The notes beneath the pieces are model-generated. The model did no database searches, was not told the DNA's origin, and worked only from the letters and a program-made list of their open reading frames with translations. 64,000 nt of DNA from positions 288,001-352,000 of the forward strand of contig CAWFDF010000008.1 in assembly GCA_963814585.1 (NCBI GenBank), written 5' to 3'. The DNA is from an uncultured delta proteobacterium. GTDB taxonomy: Bacteria > Myxococcota > Myxococcia > Myxococcales > Anaeromyxobacteraceae. Both the position numbers and the translations under genes were made by a program. Of this stretch, positions 35,634 through 47,050 are shown piece after piece; within the stretch, counting starts at the first letter, position 1, and every line of letters starts with the position of its first letter.

Positions 35634-37955
35634 ATGAACTCGCGGGCCCCACTGGTCCCCCTGGGGGTTGCCTTCCTGCTCGGCTCCGCCGCTTGCCTGG
35701 CCGGATGGTCACCGCCTGCGCCCCCTTGGGGGCTCCTGCTGCTGGCCGCCTCCCCGCCGCTGGCGCCCGCGGCGTTCGCCGGCGCCGGCTGGCTCGCGGC
35801 CGAGGCGGCCCGGGCGGGTCCAGAGGCGCCTCCGGAGGGTCCAGTCGAGGTCGAAGGAACCATCCGGTCGGTCCCGTCGGCGGTGGGTGACCGGGTGCGT
35901 TACACGCTGGCCGAGCCCGGCGGGCGGCGACTGGAGCTGCTCACGCCGCCTGCCGAGTGGCCGCTGGCCCTGGGCGACAGGGTGCGAATCCTCGTGCTGC
36001 TCCGGTCTCCATCCGGCCCCCGGAACCCTGGCGCCACCGACCAGCGCGCCCGGCTGGCCGCGGTGGGGATCTCGCTGGTCGGCGAGGGGTTGCTCCCCCC
36101 GGTCCGCGTGGCTTCCCCGAGTCCGCTGGCCTGGCTGGAGCGAGGACGTCAGCGCTTCGCCGAGGCGGCCGATCGCCTTCCCGCCCGGGAGGCGTCGGTG
36201 ATCCGGGCCATCGGCACCGGCGACCGGGGGGCCCTCGACCCGGCCACCAGCGAGTCCTTCATCCGGAGCGGGCTCGCGCACGTGCTGGCGGTCTCAGGGC
36301 TCCACCTCGTGGTGGTGGCGGCCGGGCTGGAGCGGATCCTGCGCTGGCTCCTGCTCCGCGCCGGGTGGCTGGCCGAGCGGTTCGAGCCACGGCGGACCGC
36401 CGCGGCCCTCGCCATCCCGGCCACCCTGCTCTACGCGGTGGCGACCGGTGCCGGCTACTCCGTCCTCCGGGCCGCGGTGGCGGCCGGCGTCGTCTTCGCC
36501 GGTTCGGTCTTCGACCGTGAGGGGTCGCCCTCCAACGCGCTGGGGCTGGCCGCGCTGGCCTGCCTCGGCGCCGAGCCGGGCGCCCTGCTCGACCCGTCGC
36601 TCCAGCTCTCGCTCGCCTCGGTGGCCGGGCTGGTCTCGCTGGCCCGGCCGCTGCGAGGCGCGCTCCCGGTGGCGCCGGGCCGGCCGGGGTCCTGGCGGGC
36701 GCGACTGCTGGAGCCGCTCCTCTCCGGGCTCTGCGCCACGGTGGCCGCCAGCCTCGCCACCGCCCCCGTTCTCGCCCTGCAGTTCCGCCGCCTCCCCGTG
36801 CTCGGCCTGGCCGCGAGCCTGGCCGGCATCCCCATCGGCACCGCACTCACCGCCACGACCGCGCTGGCCGCCGTGGTGGCCGCCGCCTCGCCGGCGGCGG
36901 CGCAGCCCCTGCTCTGGCTCAGCTGGCCGCTGGCCCACGCCCTGCTGCTGGTCTCGGACCTGGCCGCGGCACCGAGCTTCGCCGTCCTCGGCGTCGCCTC
37001 GCCCGGACCGCTCCTCACGCTGCTGGCCTGTGGCCTGATCCTGCTGGCGCCTCGCCTCGGCGGCCGGGCGCGCTGGCTGGCCGTGGGCGGCTTCGTCGCC
37101 TGCCTCTCGCTCCCCGGGCCGGTGCGGGGTGCGGCCGCCTCGTCCCGCGGGTGCCTCGAGTGGATCGTGGTCTCGGTGGGCCAGGGCGACGCGTCGATCC
37201 TGCGGCTCCCCGACGGCTCGACGGTCCTGGTCGACGGCGGCGGCACCTTCCCCGGCGGTCCGGACCCCGGAGCCCGTGATCTCGTGCCGCTGCTGCGGGA
37301 CATCGGCGTCACCCGGCTGGCGGCGGTGGTGGTCTCGCACCCGCACCCCGACCACGTCCTCGGCCTGGCCAGCGTGGCGGCGGCGATGCCCGTGGAGCTC
37401 CTGCTCACCGGGGAGGCGGAGCTCCCGGAGCTGGCCCGGGCGGCGCTGGCTGGCCTCCCCGCACCCCGGCGGCTCCGCCCGGGCGAGGCCTGGGAGCGTG
37501 CCGGCGTCCGGCTGGAGGCGGTGGGCGGCCCCCGGGGGGAACTGGTCGAGAACGACGCCTCCCTGGTCCTGCGCGTCGGCTTCGGCACCACCGCCTTCCT
37601 CCTCCCCGGCGACATCGAGGCGGCCGGCGAGGCGGCGGCGCTGTCGGGCGGGCGCGCCCTGGCCGCGGACGTGGTGAAGGTGCCGCACCACGGCAGCCGC
37701 ACCAGCTCCACGGCGCCGTTCGTGGCGGCGGTCCGGCCGCGCTGGGCGGCGCTGAGCGTGGGCGCGGCCAACCGCCACGGCTTCCCGCACCAGGAGACGC
37801 TGGCCCGCTGGCGCGAGGCCGGCGCGGAGATCGCCCGGACCGACCAGGGGGCGATCCGCTTCCTCTCGGACGGCTCGCTGGTGCGCCGGGTCCCGGCCGG
37901 CACGGTGCTCGACCCTATCGCGATCTGGCGGGAGCGTCGTGGAGCCGTGCCGTGA
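35634..37955 (+). CDS. comEC: DNA uptake channel ComEC/Rec2
   Basis: SGLAHVLAVSGLH competence domain, multiple TM segments, VGQGD, SHPHPDH, KVPHHGSRTSS metallo-beta-lactamase domain. Confidence 0.93.
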   Translation: MNSRAPLVPLGVAFLLGSAACLAGWSPPAPPWGLLLLAASPPLAPAAFAGAGWLAAEAARAGPEAPPEGPVEVEGTIRSVPSAVGDRVRYTLAEPGGRRLELLTPPAEWPLALGDRVRILVLLRSPSGPRNPGATDQRARLAAVGISLVGEGLLPPVRVASPSPLAWLERGRQRFAEAADRLPAREASVIRAIGTGDRGALDPATSESFIRSGLAHVLAVSGLHLVVVAAGLERILRWLLLRAGWLAERFEPRRTAAALAIPATLLYAVATGAGYSVLRAAVAAGVVFAGSVFDREGSPSNALGLAALACLGAEPGALLDPSLQLSLASVAGLVSLARPLRGALPVAPGRPGSWRARLLEPLLSGLCATVAASLATAPVLALQFRRLPVLGLAASLAGIPIGTALTATTALAAVVAAASPAAAQPLLWLSWPLAHALLLVSDLAAAPSFAVLGVASPGPLLTLLACGLILLAPRLGGRARWLAVGGFVACLSLPGPVRGAAASSRGCLEWIVVSVGQGDASILRLPDGSTVLVDGGGTFPGGPDPGARDLVPLLRDIGVTRLAAVVVSHPHPDHVLGLASVAAAMPVELLLTGEAELPELARAALAGLPAPRRLRPGEAWERAGVRLEAVGGPRGELVENDASLVLRVGFGTTAFLLPGDIEAAGEAAALSGGRALAADVVKVPHHGSRTSSTAPFVAAVRPRWAALSVGAANRHGFPHQETLARWREAGAEIARTDQGAIRFLSDGSLVRRVPAGTVLDPIAIWRERRGAVP

Positions 37956-38491
37956 CGGCCGACCGGTCGAAGGCGGAGACGGCTCCGCCCGGGACGGAGG
38001 CCGGGCCTCCTCGTGGCCTGACCCGGATCGACGCCGGCGCCCTGCTCCGGCGCGCGGCCGCCGGTGAGGCGGCGCAGGCCGGGCCCCACCTGGTCATCCG
38101 CGAGCCGCACGCCGCGGAGCGGCTGGTGGCGCTGGCCGGCGCCTGCACGGTGGGGCGCGGCCGGCAGGCCGCGCTGCGGCTCGCCGACCCGAGCGCATCG
38201 CGCCTCCACCTGCGCCTCCGGCTCGACGAGGCGGGGGCCTCGGTCGAGGACCTCGGCTCCCGAAATGGACTGCGGGTCAACGGCGGCCGGACCCAGGGCC
38301 TCCGACGCCTGCGGAGCGGCGACCAGCTCGAGGTGGGCGGGACGTCCCTCCGCTACGTCGACCCACTGGAGCCGGCGCGCTCCGCCGAGCGGCCCACCGG
38401 CCCGCGCTGGCGGCGCCCTCCGCGCGCGGCCCTGCTGGGCTCCGCGGCGGCGCTCCTCGCCCTCGCCTCGGTGGCGATCTGGCTGGAATAG
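37952..38491 (+). CDS. FHA-domain protein with a C-terminal TM anchor
   Basis: VGRG, SASRLH, DLGSRNG FHA motifs; hydrophobic C-terminus. Confidence 0.88.
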   Translation: MTADRSKAETAPPGTEAGPPRGLTRIDAGALLRRAAAGEAAQAGPHLVIREPHAAERLVALAGACTVGRGRQAALRLADPSASRLHLRLRLDEAGASVEDLGSRNGLRVNGGRTQGLRRLRSGDQLEVGGTSLRYVDPLEPARSAERPTGPRWRRPPRAALLGSAAALLALASVAIWLE

Positions 38492-38506
38492 GCCGCGCGC
38501 GCCACC

Positions 38507-38685
38507 AGTGCCGCGCCCCAGGCAAGATGACGTGACGAGAGAGCCGAGACCGAAGCGAGGCTGGCGCCCGAGGAGGGAGCAGCGGAAGCGTAGCAGCGCT
38601 ACGCTGAGCAGCGGACCGACGAGGCCGCCTGCCGCAGCGAGAGGATCGGCTCTCGCAGTAGGCATCTTGCCTGGGGCGCGGCACT
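38507..38685. mobile_element. MITE-like non-coding element with 23-bp perfect terminal inverted repeats
   Basis: AGTGCCGCGCCCCAGGCAAGATG (38507-38529) and CATCTTGCCTGGGGCGCGGCACT (38663-38685); internal stems; no transposase. Confidence 0.65.
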
Positions 38686-39607
38686 AGCGTCCGCCGAGCT
38701 GCTCCAGCCTCTGGCGTGCCGTCACGCGAAGATCCGGCCGGACATCGGTGGCGTCGCTCTCGGCATAGCGCGCGTAGTACTCGGCAGCCCGGGGATCGTC
38801 GAGGTGGCGGAAGGACTCGGCCAGGCCGTAGAGCGGCGTGGCCAGATGGGGCGCCAGCATCAGGGCCAGCTGGTAGTCCCGCGCCGCCTCCCGGTACCGC
38901 CCCAGCCCGTAGAAGGCGCTGGCGCGAGCCGAGATGGCGGCCCCGAACTGCGGGTCGAGCTCGAGCGCCCGGTCGAGCTCGACGATGGCTCCGTTGAAGT
39001 CGCGGGCGCCGATCATGGTGAGCGCGGACCGGTAGCGCCGCGACGCCTCCTGCGGCTCCTTCACGACCGGGGCGATGGCCGGCAGGGCGCCCGCCGCAGG
39101 GGACGCTCCGGCGTCCTCGGTGAGCCGGTAGACCAGCTGGGAGGGCGGCGTGGCGGGGGCCGGGCGCGGCATCGCGCCAGGCAGCACCGCGGGGGCGGCG
39201 GCCCTGGCAGGCTGGGGCGGGCTGGCCAGCTCCTCGAGCAGCTTCCTGGCCTCGGCGCTGGCCGGATCGAGGTCGAGCGCCAGCTTCAGCTGCTGCTCGG
39301 CCTGGCCCGGGTGGCCCAGCCGGAGGTAGGCCCGGGCCAGCCTGATGCGCGCGGCGACGCTGGTGGAGTCGAGGTAGACCGCGTCCTGGTACGCGAAGAG
39401 GGCCGTCCGGTGGTCTCCCGAGAGATAGGCCCGGTCCCCCGCCCCCAGCTTCTCGACGAGGACGCTCGCCGGCGGGGCCAGGGGCGCCGCGACCTCGGCT
39501 CCGGGTGCCGGCGCGGGCATGGTGTTGCCTGCCGCGGCGGGCGACTGGGCGGCCGCGATTCCGGCGGGCGCCTCGAGCAGGAGGACGGCGAGGGTCACGA
39601 AGCGCAT
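38684..39607 (-). CDS. Secreted tetratricopeptide-repeat protein
   Basis: Signal peptide, two TPR clusters separated by a Pro/Ala linker. Confidence 0.85.
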   Translation of the reverse strand: MRFVTLAVLLLEAPAGIAAAQSPAAAGNTMPAPAPGAEVAAPLAPPASVLVEKLGAGDRAYLSGDHRTALFAYQDAVYLDSTSVAARIRLARAYLRLGHPGQAEQQLKLALDLDPASAEARKLLEELASPPQPARAAAPAVLPGAMPRPAPATPPSQLVYRLTEDAGASPAAGALPAIAPVVKEPQEASRRYRSALTMIGARDFNGAIVELDRALELDPQFGAAISARASAFYGLGRYREAARDYQLALMLAPHLATPLYGLAESFRHLDDPRAAEYYARYAESDATDVRPDLRVTARQRLEQLGGR

Positions 39608-39654
39608 GATCGAGGCTCTCGGCGAGGCGCGCCTTCCCGGGCAGCCCCGGGGAC

Positions 39655-41034
<1,380 letters not shown>

Positions 41035-41057
41035 CTACCAGCAGGGGCGCGTCACCG

Positions 41058-42087
41058 CTAGCGACGCGATGCCGGCGGTCGCCTGCGCCTCCGCCCGGGA
41101 GGAGCGAGCCTGGTCCGCTCCAGGGCCTGGGTGGCGAACTCGAGGTCGATGCCGAAGCCGATGGCCGGCCCGGGCCGGCCGAAGCGGCCGAGCAGCTCGT
41201 CGTAGCGTCCGCCGGCGGCCACCGCGGCCCCCGCCCCCGGCGCGTAGCCCGCGAAGGTGAGCCCGGTGTAGTAGCCCAGCCCGCGCGCCTCGCCGAGGTC
41301 GACCGCCACGTCGCCCAGCCCTTGCCGTCGTGCCAGCCTGAGCGCCGACTCCACCTCGCCCAGCGCCGGCCGGCAAGCCGGCACCGCGCGCGCGAAGGCC
41401 CGGGCCCGCTTCAGCGCCCCGTCCCCGTAGAGCCCGGCCAGCTGCGGCAGGGCCTGTCGGGCCTCGGCAGCGCCTCGCCCCCTGGACGCCAGCCGGGCCA
41501 GCGACCCCCTCGTCCTTGCGGGCCAGCCCGTCCCAGGCTTCGGCCAGGGCGCGCCTCGGCAACCCGGCCGCCTCGATCGCCGCGGCGGCGAAGCGGGCGT
41601 GTCCGACCTCGATGACGGCCGAGCCCAGCCCCACCCGCGCCAGGGCCCGGGCCAGGACCACCAGCGCCTCGGCGTCGTACCGGGCGCCGCCGACACCCAG
41701 CAGCTCCACGCCGGCCTGGTAGACCTCGCGCGGCCGGCCTGCCCGGGCCTCGCGGGCGCGCAGCACCGGGCCGTCGTAGCAGAGCCTCGCCGGCGACGGC
41801 AGCGCGTCCGGGCGGGCCGCGTAGAGCCTGGCGATCTGCGGCGTGATGTCCGGCCGGATGGCCACCACCTCGCCCGAGCCCGGCTCGACGAACTTCATGA
41901 CGTCGGCGAGCGCGGCCGCCGAGAGGCCGCGCTCCACCACGTCGAGCCGTTCCAGGGTCGGCAGGAAGAGCCGCCGGTAACCGAAGCTGGCGAAGACCTG
42001 CTGCAGCCGCCCCGAGAGCTCGGCCAGGTGGGCCGAGTGGTCGGGAAGCAGGTCGCGCAGGCCGGTGGGGAGCGAGAGATCGAGCAT
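41058..42087 (-). CDS. hisZ: ATP phosphoribosyltransferase regulatory subunit (frameshift near 41505-41509)
   Basis: LPTGLRDLL, IRPDITPQIAR, QAGVELLG in one frame; GYYTG, GGRYD, PAIGF in a second frame; upstream of purA. Confidence 0.88.
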
Positions 42088-42100
42088 GGGGCCCCTGCCG

Positions 42101-43684
42101 CTAGAGGGTGATGGCCCTCACCGATCGGACGTGCGGCAAGGCCTTCACCCTGTCCAGCACCTCCGCGGTGGGGGTCGAGTCGACGTTGAGGAAGGCGAAG
42201 GCCCGGGTCCGATCGTCGGTCCTGGAGAGCGAGATCCGCGCGATGTTGATGCCGGCCGCGCCCAGGGTAGTGCCGAGGTTGCCGACCACGCCAGGGGCGT
42301 CGTCGTTCTCGCACAGGAGGATGGGCCCCTCGGGCACCGCCTCGAGCCTGAAGGCTCCCAGCCGGACGATGCGCGCCTCGGCCTTCCCGTAGACCGTGCC
42401 GGCCACGGTGGCCTCGCCACCCGGGCCCCGGACCGTCACGGTGAGCAGGCCGGCGTAGTCCTGCGGGGCCGCCACTCGCTCCTCGCGGAGGGTGAGGCCG
42501 CGCTCGCGGGCCACCTCGGGCGCGCTGACGTCGTTGATGGGCGTCTCGCTGGAGTGGCGCAGCAGGCCGACCAGCACCCGGCTGGCGAGCGGCCGCGCCG
42601 GAGCGCCGGCCAGGTCGCCGGCCAGCGAGACCACCACCTCGGTCGGCCCGGTGGGCGCCAGCTGCCCGGCCAGCGCCCCGAGCTTCTCGGCCAGCGGCAG
42701 GTAGGGGCCGACCTGCGCCAGCACCTCGGCGGGCAGGCTCGGAAGGTTGACGGCGTTCTTCACCACGCCCGACTGGAGGTAGGCCACCAGCTGCTCGGCG
42801 ACGGCCACCGCCACCGCGGCCTGCGCCTCCTCGGTCGAGGCGCCGAGGTGGGGCGTGACCACCACGCTGTCGAGGCGCAGCAGCGGGTGATCGGCCGGGG
42901 GAGGCTCCTTCTCGAAGACGTCGAGCGCCGCGCCGCCCAGCCGGCCGCCGGCGAGCGCCGCCGCCAGCGCCTCCTCGTCGACGATGCCGCCCCGGGCGCA
43001 GTTGACGAGCAGCGCGGTGGGCTTCATGAGCGCCAGCGTGGCCGCGTTGACCATGTGGCGGGTCTGCTCGGTGAGCGGGACGTGCAGCGAGATGACGTCG
43101 GCCTCGCCCCAGAGCGCGTCGAGCGCCACCAGCCGCACGCCCAGCTTGGCCGCGGCCTCGGCGGAGATGAACGGGTCGTAGGCGATCACCCGCATCTTGA
43201 GGGCCAGGCAGCGATCCACCAGGATCGACCCGATGTTGCCGATGCCGACCACGGCCAGGGTCTTGCCGGCCAGCTCGTGCCCCTGGAACCTCTTCTTCTC
43301 CCACTTGCCCGACTTGACGCTGGCGGTGGCGGCGGCGACGTGGCGCGAGAGCGAGAGGATCATCGCCAGCGCCAGCTCGGCCACCGTGGTGGCGGAGCCG
43401 CCCGGCGTGTTCATCACCACCACGCCCCGGCGGGTGGCCGCCGGCAGGTCGACGTTGTCGACGCCGACGCCGGCCCGCCCCACCACCTGGAGCCGGGTCG
43501 CCGCCTCGAGCACCCTGGCCGTGACCTTGGTGGCGCTTCGCACCGCCAGCCCCTCGTACCTGCCGATGATGGCCAGGAGGTCATCCTGCCCGAGGCCGAT
43601 CTTGACGTCGACCTCGAGCCCGGCGTCGCGGAGGATGGAGACCGCCTGGGGCGAGAGATCGTCGGCGACCAGGACTCGGGACAT
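42101..43684 (-). CDS. serA: D-3-phosphoglycerate dehydrogenase
   Basis: RAGVGVDNVD, GIGNIG, NCARGG, TPHLGAST, C-terminal ASB/ACT domains. Confidence 0.96.
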   Translation of the reverse strand: MSRVLVADDLSPQAVSILRDAGLEVDVKIGLGQDDLLAIIGRYEGLAVRSATKVTARVLEAATRLQVVGRAGVGVDNVDLPAATRRGVVVMNTPGGSATTVAELALAMILSLSRHVAAATASVKSGKWEKKRFQGHELAGKTLAVVGIGNIGSILVDRCLALKMRVIAYDPFISAEAAAKLGVRLVALDALWGEADVISLHVPLTEQTRHMVNAATLALMKPTALLVNCARGGIVDEEALAAALAGGRLGGAALDVFEKEPPPADHPLLRLDSVVVTPHLGASTEEAQAAVAVAVAEQLVAYLQSGVVKNAVNLPSLPAEVLAQVGPYLPLAEKLGALAGQLAPTGPTEVVVSLAGDLAGAPARPLASRVLVGLLRHSSETPINDVSAPEVARERGLTLREERVAAPQDYAGLLTVTVRGPGGEATVAGTVYGKAEARIVRLGAFRLEAVPEGPILLCENDDAPGVVGNLGTTLGAAGINIARISLSRTDDRTRAFAFLNVDSTPTAEVLDRVKALPHVRSVRAITL

Positions 43685-43770
43685 GGTGGGCGCTCCTGGG
43701 GTTCGGCTGCGCGGCGGCAGCCACGGGTTGACGGCGCCGGACGGCGCGCGGCGTGGACTGGTCCCCTGCC

Positions 43771-44439
43771 CTAACCCGCCCGGCGCCCCGGTGCACGCAG
43801 TCCAGCGAGCACCATGGCGATGAGCTGGCCCTTGACAACGTCGATCTGCTCCTCGGGCTGGCCGACCGGGCGCACCAGCCCGACCACCAGCCCGGTCACC
43901 GTCATCTCCAGCGACCCGAGGATGCCGGTCGCGGCCACCACCGGCTCGAGGTCGTCGCGGAGCTCCCCGGCCTGCTGCCCCGACTCCACCACGTCGGCGA
44001 TGATCCGGATGGCGCTGAAGAAGGTCTCCGGCGTCGACCCGGAGCGGAGCACCCTGGGCGTGCGCGCCACCTCGAGGATCAGCACGCGGACCGCGGTCGG
44101 GGCGGTCTTGAAGACGTCGAGCACGAAGGAGAGCACGCCGGCGATCTTCTCGCTGGCGGTCCCGGTCCCTTCCTGGATGGCCTTCAGGGCCGCCAGCAGG
44201 ATGGTCCACTGCTCGGCGAAGACGCTCTCGAGCAGCTCGTCCTTGTTCTGGAAGTAGTGGTAGACGAGCCCGTAGGCGACCCCGGCGGCGCGCGCCACGT
44301 CGGCGATGCGGCACCCGTGGTAGCCCTTCTCGGCGAAGACCCGCACCGCGGCGTGAAGGATGGCGCGGCGCTTCTCCGGCTCCGGGGCATCGGGCGCGAG
44401 GCGTCGAGGCGTGGCTCGTGGGGAGCGGGGGGACGTCAC
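43771..44439 (-). CDS. TetR/AcrR-family transcriptional regulator
   Basis: ILHAAVRVFAEKGY..IADVARAAGVAYGLVYHYFQNKDEL HTH. Confidence 0.93.
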   Translation of the reverse strand: MTSPRSPRATPRRLAPDAPEPEKRRAILHAAVRVFAEKGYHGCRIADVARAAGVAYGLVYHYFQNKDELLESVFAEQWTILLAALKAIQEGTGTASEKIAGVLSFVLDVFKTAPTAVRVLILEVARTPRVLRSGSTPETFFSAIRIIADVVESGQQAGELRDDLEPVVAATGILGSLEMTVTGLVVGLVRPVGQPEEQIDVVKGQLIAMVLAGLRAPGRRAG

Positions 44440-44518
44440 GTGGGCTCCGGTAGGCTCTCGCCAGCTTGTAGCAGAAGGCCTCCCGGGCCGGAAGCCGGGC
44501 GCCCCGCCAGGAGCGCCC

Positions 44519-47041
44519 TCACCGGGAGGGCGATCCGCCGAGCTGGCCGAGGCCGAGGTCGACCCTGAAGCTGGGGATGCCTCCGCAGTCGTTGACCCCG
44601 ACCAGCACCTTGAGCTTGAAGCACCGGCACGGCGAGTCCCACTGGGCCCAGGCGGTCTGCTGCTGGATGTGCCACGGGCCCACGGTCCTGGCGGGGCCTC
44701 CCGCCTGGCACGATCCGACCTCGCTGGTCCGGGCCGGCAGCAGCACGTCGTAGCCGAAGCTGGCCGGCCCGATGCGGAGCTTGCCGCCCAGCGTCGCCGA
44801 CGCCAGGGCATCCGTGCTCCCGCTCGAGCCCGCGGCCTGGTCCAGCGGGCGGATCGAGATGGGCCGCGAGTCGAAGAGCGCGTCCACGCCGGCCCCGATC
44901 CGGCCCGATCCGCCAGGCCCGAACGCCAGCAAGCCGCCGTGGAGACCGTCGCCGCGACCATCCTCGAGCGCGAGCCGGAACCGCAGCTCCGAGAACCGAT
45001 CGAGCCAGGAGGCATGGAGCGGCTGGGGTGCGGGATCCGGGCGCCCGGCGGTCCAGAACCGCACGTCGGCCTCGCCGGTGACGTAGCCCCGGGAGGCCGC
45101 GGCGCTCACGAACCCCTCCGCCAGCTTGCCACGTCCCAGGTCGACCTCCTGCCCCACCTCGCCGCGCAGCAGCGCGAAGTCCGGCGAGTGGAGCCAGGTG
45201 GCCAGCGCCACCCTGAGCTGGCTGGAGCGGCCAGGTGGCGCCGCGGCGGCGTAGCGCGGAGCGACGAAGGCGCCCGTGGTGCCTGCCGGCGTGGAGTCGG
45301 CACGATCCCAGCCGTCGTAGCCGAAGGCCGGGAGGGCCCCGCCCATCACCGGGCTGGCCAGCAGCCACTCCACCCTGGGCTCCAGCACGTGGCGCACGGC
45401 GCCGTAGCGACGGCTCAGCAGCGTGTTGAGCTGGAGCCCGCTCACCCACCATCCGTTCACGAGCGGGGACTGGCTGGCGTCGAAGAGGTAGCCGAGCGCG
45501 GCCCCCCGCACCCACGGCATCACGGAGAGCCAGCCCACCTGGACCGGCGCCGCCAGCTGCACCCGGGCGTCGAGCCGCGACGCGGCCAGCCGCTCGCCGG
45601 GCTGCCAGGTCCCGTCGAGCTCGGTGGGATCGGTCGCCTCCCGGGTCCAGGCGCGATCCGCCGGGCCGACCCCGTCGGCGCCGCCGTCCGAGGTGACCCC
45701 GTGGAGCGGCGCGTCGCGGGTGGCCCCGAGCCGCCCGGAGACCAGGACCGGCCCGGCCAGGCGCCATGGCGCCAGCGTCACGGCCGCCGAGGGCCAGCGC
45801 TGGAAGCCCGGCAACGCGCTCCCGAAGGTCCCGTTGTCGATGACGGTGAGCGATCCATCCCGGGCCACCGGCTCGAGCCAGCCAGCGGTCGCCTCCAGCG
45901 CCAGCTGGGCGGTGCGGTGGGAGAGGACCAGCGCCGAGCGGCGCGAGGTGGCATCGCGGACCCGGATGTCCGAGGTGAAGTCGCGGACGTAGAGGGGATC
46001 GCCCACCAGGTCGAGCGAGGCCCGCAGCGAGGTCCGATCTCCGAAGCGCTGGGCCCAGTCGCCGCGCAGCGCGTACCGGAGCCCGGAGGCCCCGACGATC
46101 CCCTGGGCCGGCACCGCCTCGTCGTCGAGGTCCTCCTGCAGGTCGATCAGGAGCTGCACGGCCGCCTGCCCGGCCGGGGCCCAGCGCCCCTCCAGCGCCG
46201 CGCCGGGGCCGCGCACCGAGGGGTCCCCCCGCGCCACCGCGGAGGCTCCCTGGCCGAAGGCGTAGCGTGGCGCCACGGTCACGTCGGCGGTGCGGCCCAG
46301 CGTGAGGTAGACCGGCTGCCCCACCGTCCAGCCGGTCGGACCGGTGGAGCTGAGCGTGGGGACCAGCAGGCCGGAGACGCGCGGCGCCAGCGGCACGGTG
46401 AACCACGGGAGCGCCATCACCGGAACCGGCCGATCGATGAAGAGGAACCGGGGCGTGACGTAGAGCACCGGCCACTCCAGCCGCGCCTCCTCACCCGGCC
46501 TGCATGACCGCGGCGTCCGCGCGCAGCTCCCACGAAGGCGCCCCCTCGCCCGGGCAGTCACAGACCGTGAGGCGCGCCTCCCGCAGCCGGAGCCGGCCGT
46601 CGCCGGTGCCGGTCACCTCGCGTCCCTCGGCGCGCAGGCCGTTGGGGCCGCAGCGTGACGCCTCGGCGAGGGTGGCCGCCGCAGCCGTATGGCGTCGGCC
46701 TCGAACGGTAGAGGGCCACCGCCTGCCGGGCCTCGAAAGGGCCGTCGAGGACGACGTGGACCTCCTCGGCGAAGAGCACCCGGGCTGGAGTCGATGAGCA
46801 GCACGCCGCCGCTGGCGGTCACCTCGCCGCTGCGCGGATGGTAGGTGGCCTTCCCGGCCCGCAGCGTCGCCGCGCCGCGCGGGATCACCACCTCGCCCTC
46901 GAGCCGGTAGGTGCCGGCGGCGACGTCGAAGGCGGCGCTGGTGGCCCTGGACCCTGGCCTCGCCGCCCTCGCCACGCTCGCCGGGAGCGGGACGGCGGCG
47001 GCGAGGAGCCTGGCCGCGGCCAGGGCGAGGAGCATCGGCAC
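44519..47041 (-). CDS. lptD: LPS-assembly protein LptD (at least 3 frameshifts, near 46780, 46690 and 46500)
   Basis: N-terminal beta-jellyroll-like fragments, LTVCDC..PSWELRA, VPVMALPW..RVSGLLVP, RHVLEP, C-terminal WDSPCRCF. Confidence 0.75.
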
Positions 47042-47050
47042 CCGGGGACT

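Noticed and set aside
41058..47041. hisZ and lptD as true pseudogenes
   Set aside because: Motifs and codon bias are intact on both sides of each break, lptD is normally essential, and the many nearby indels favour assembly error
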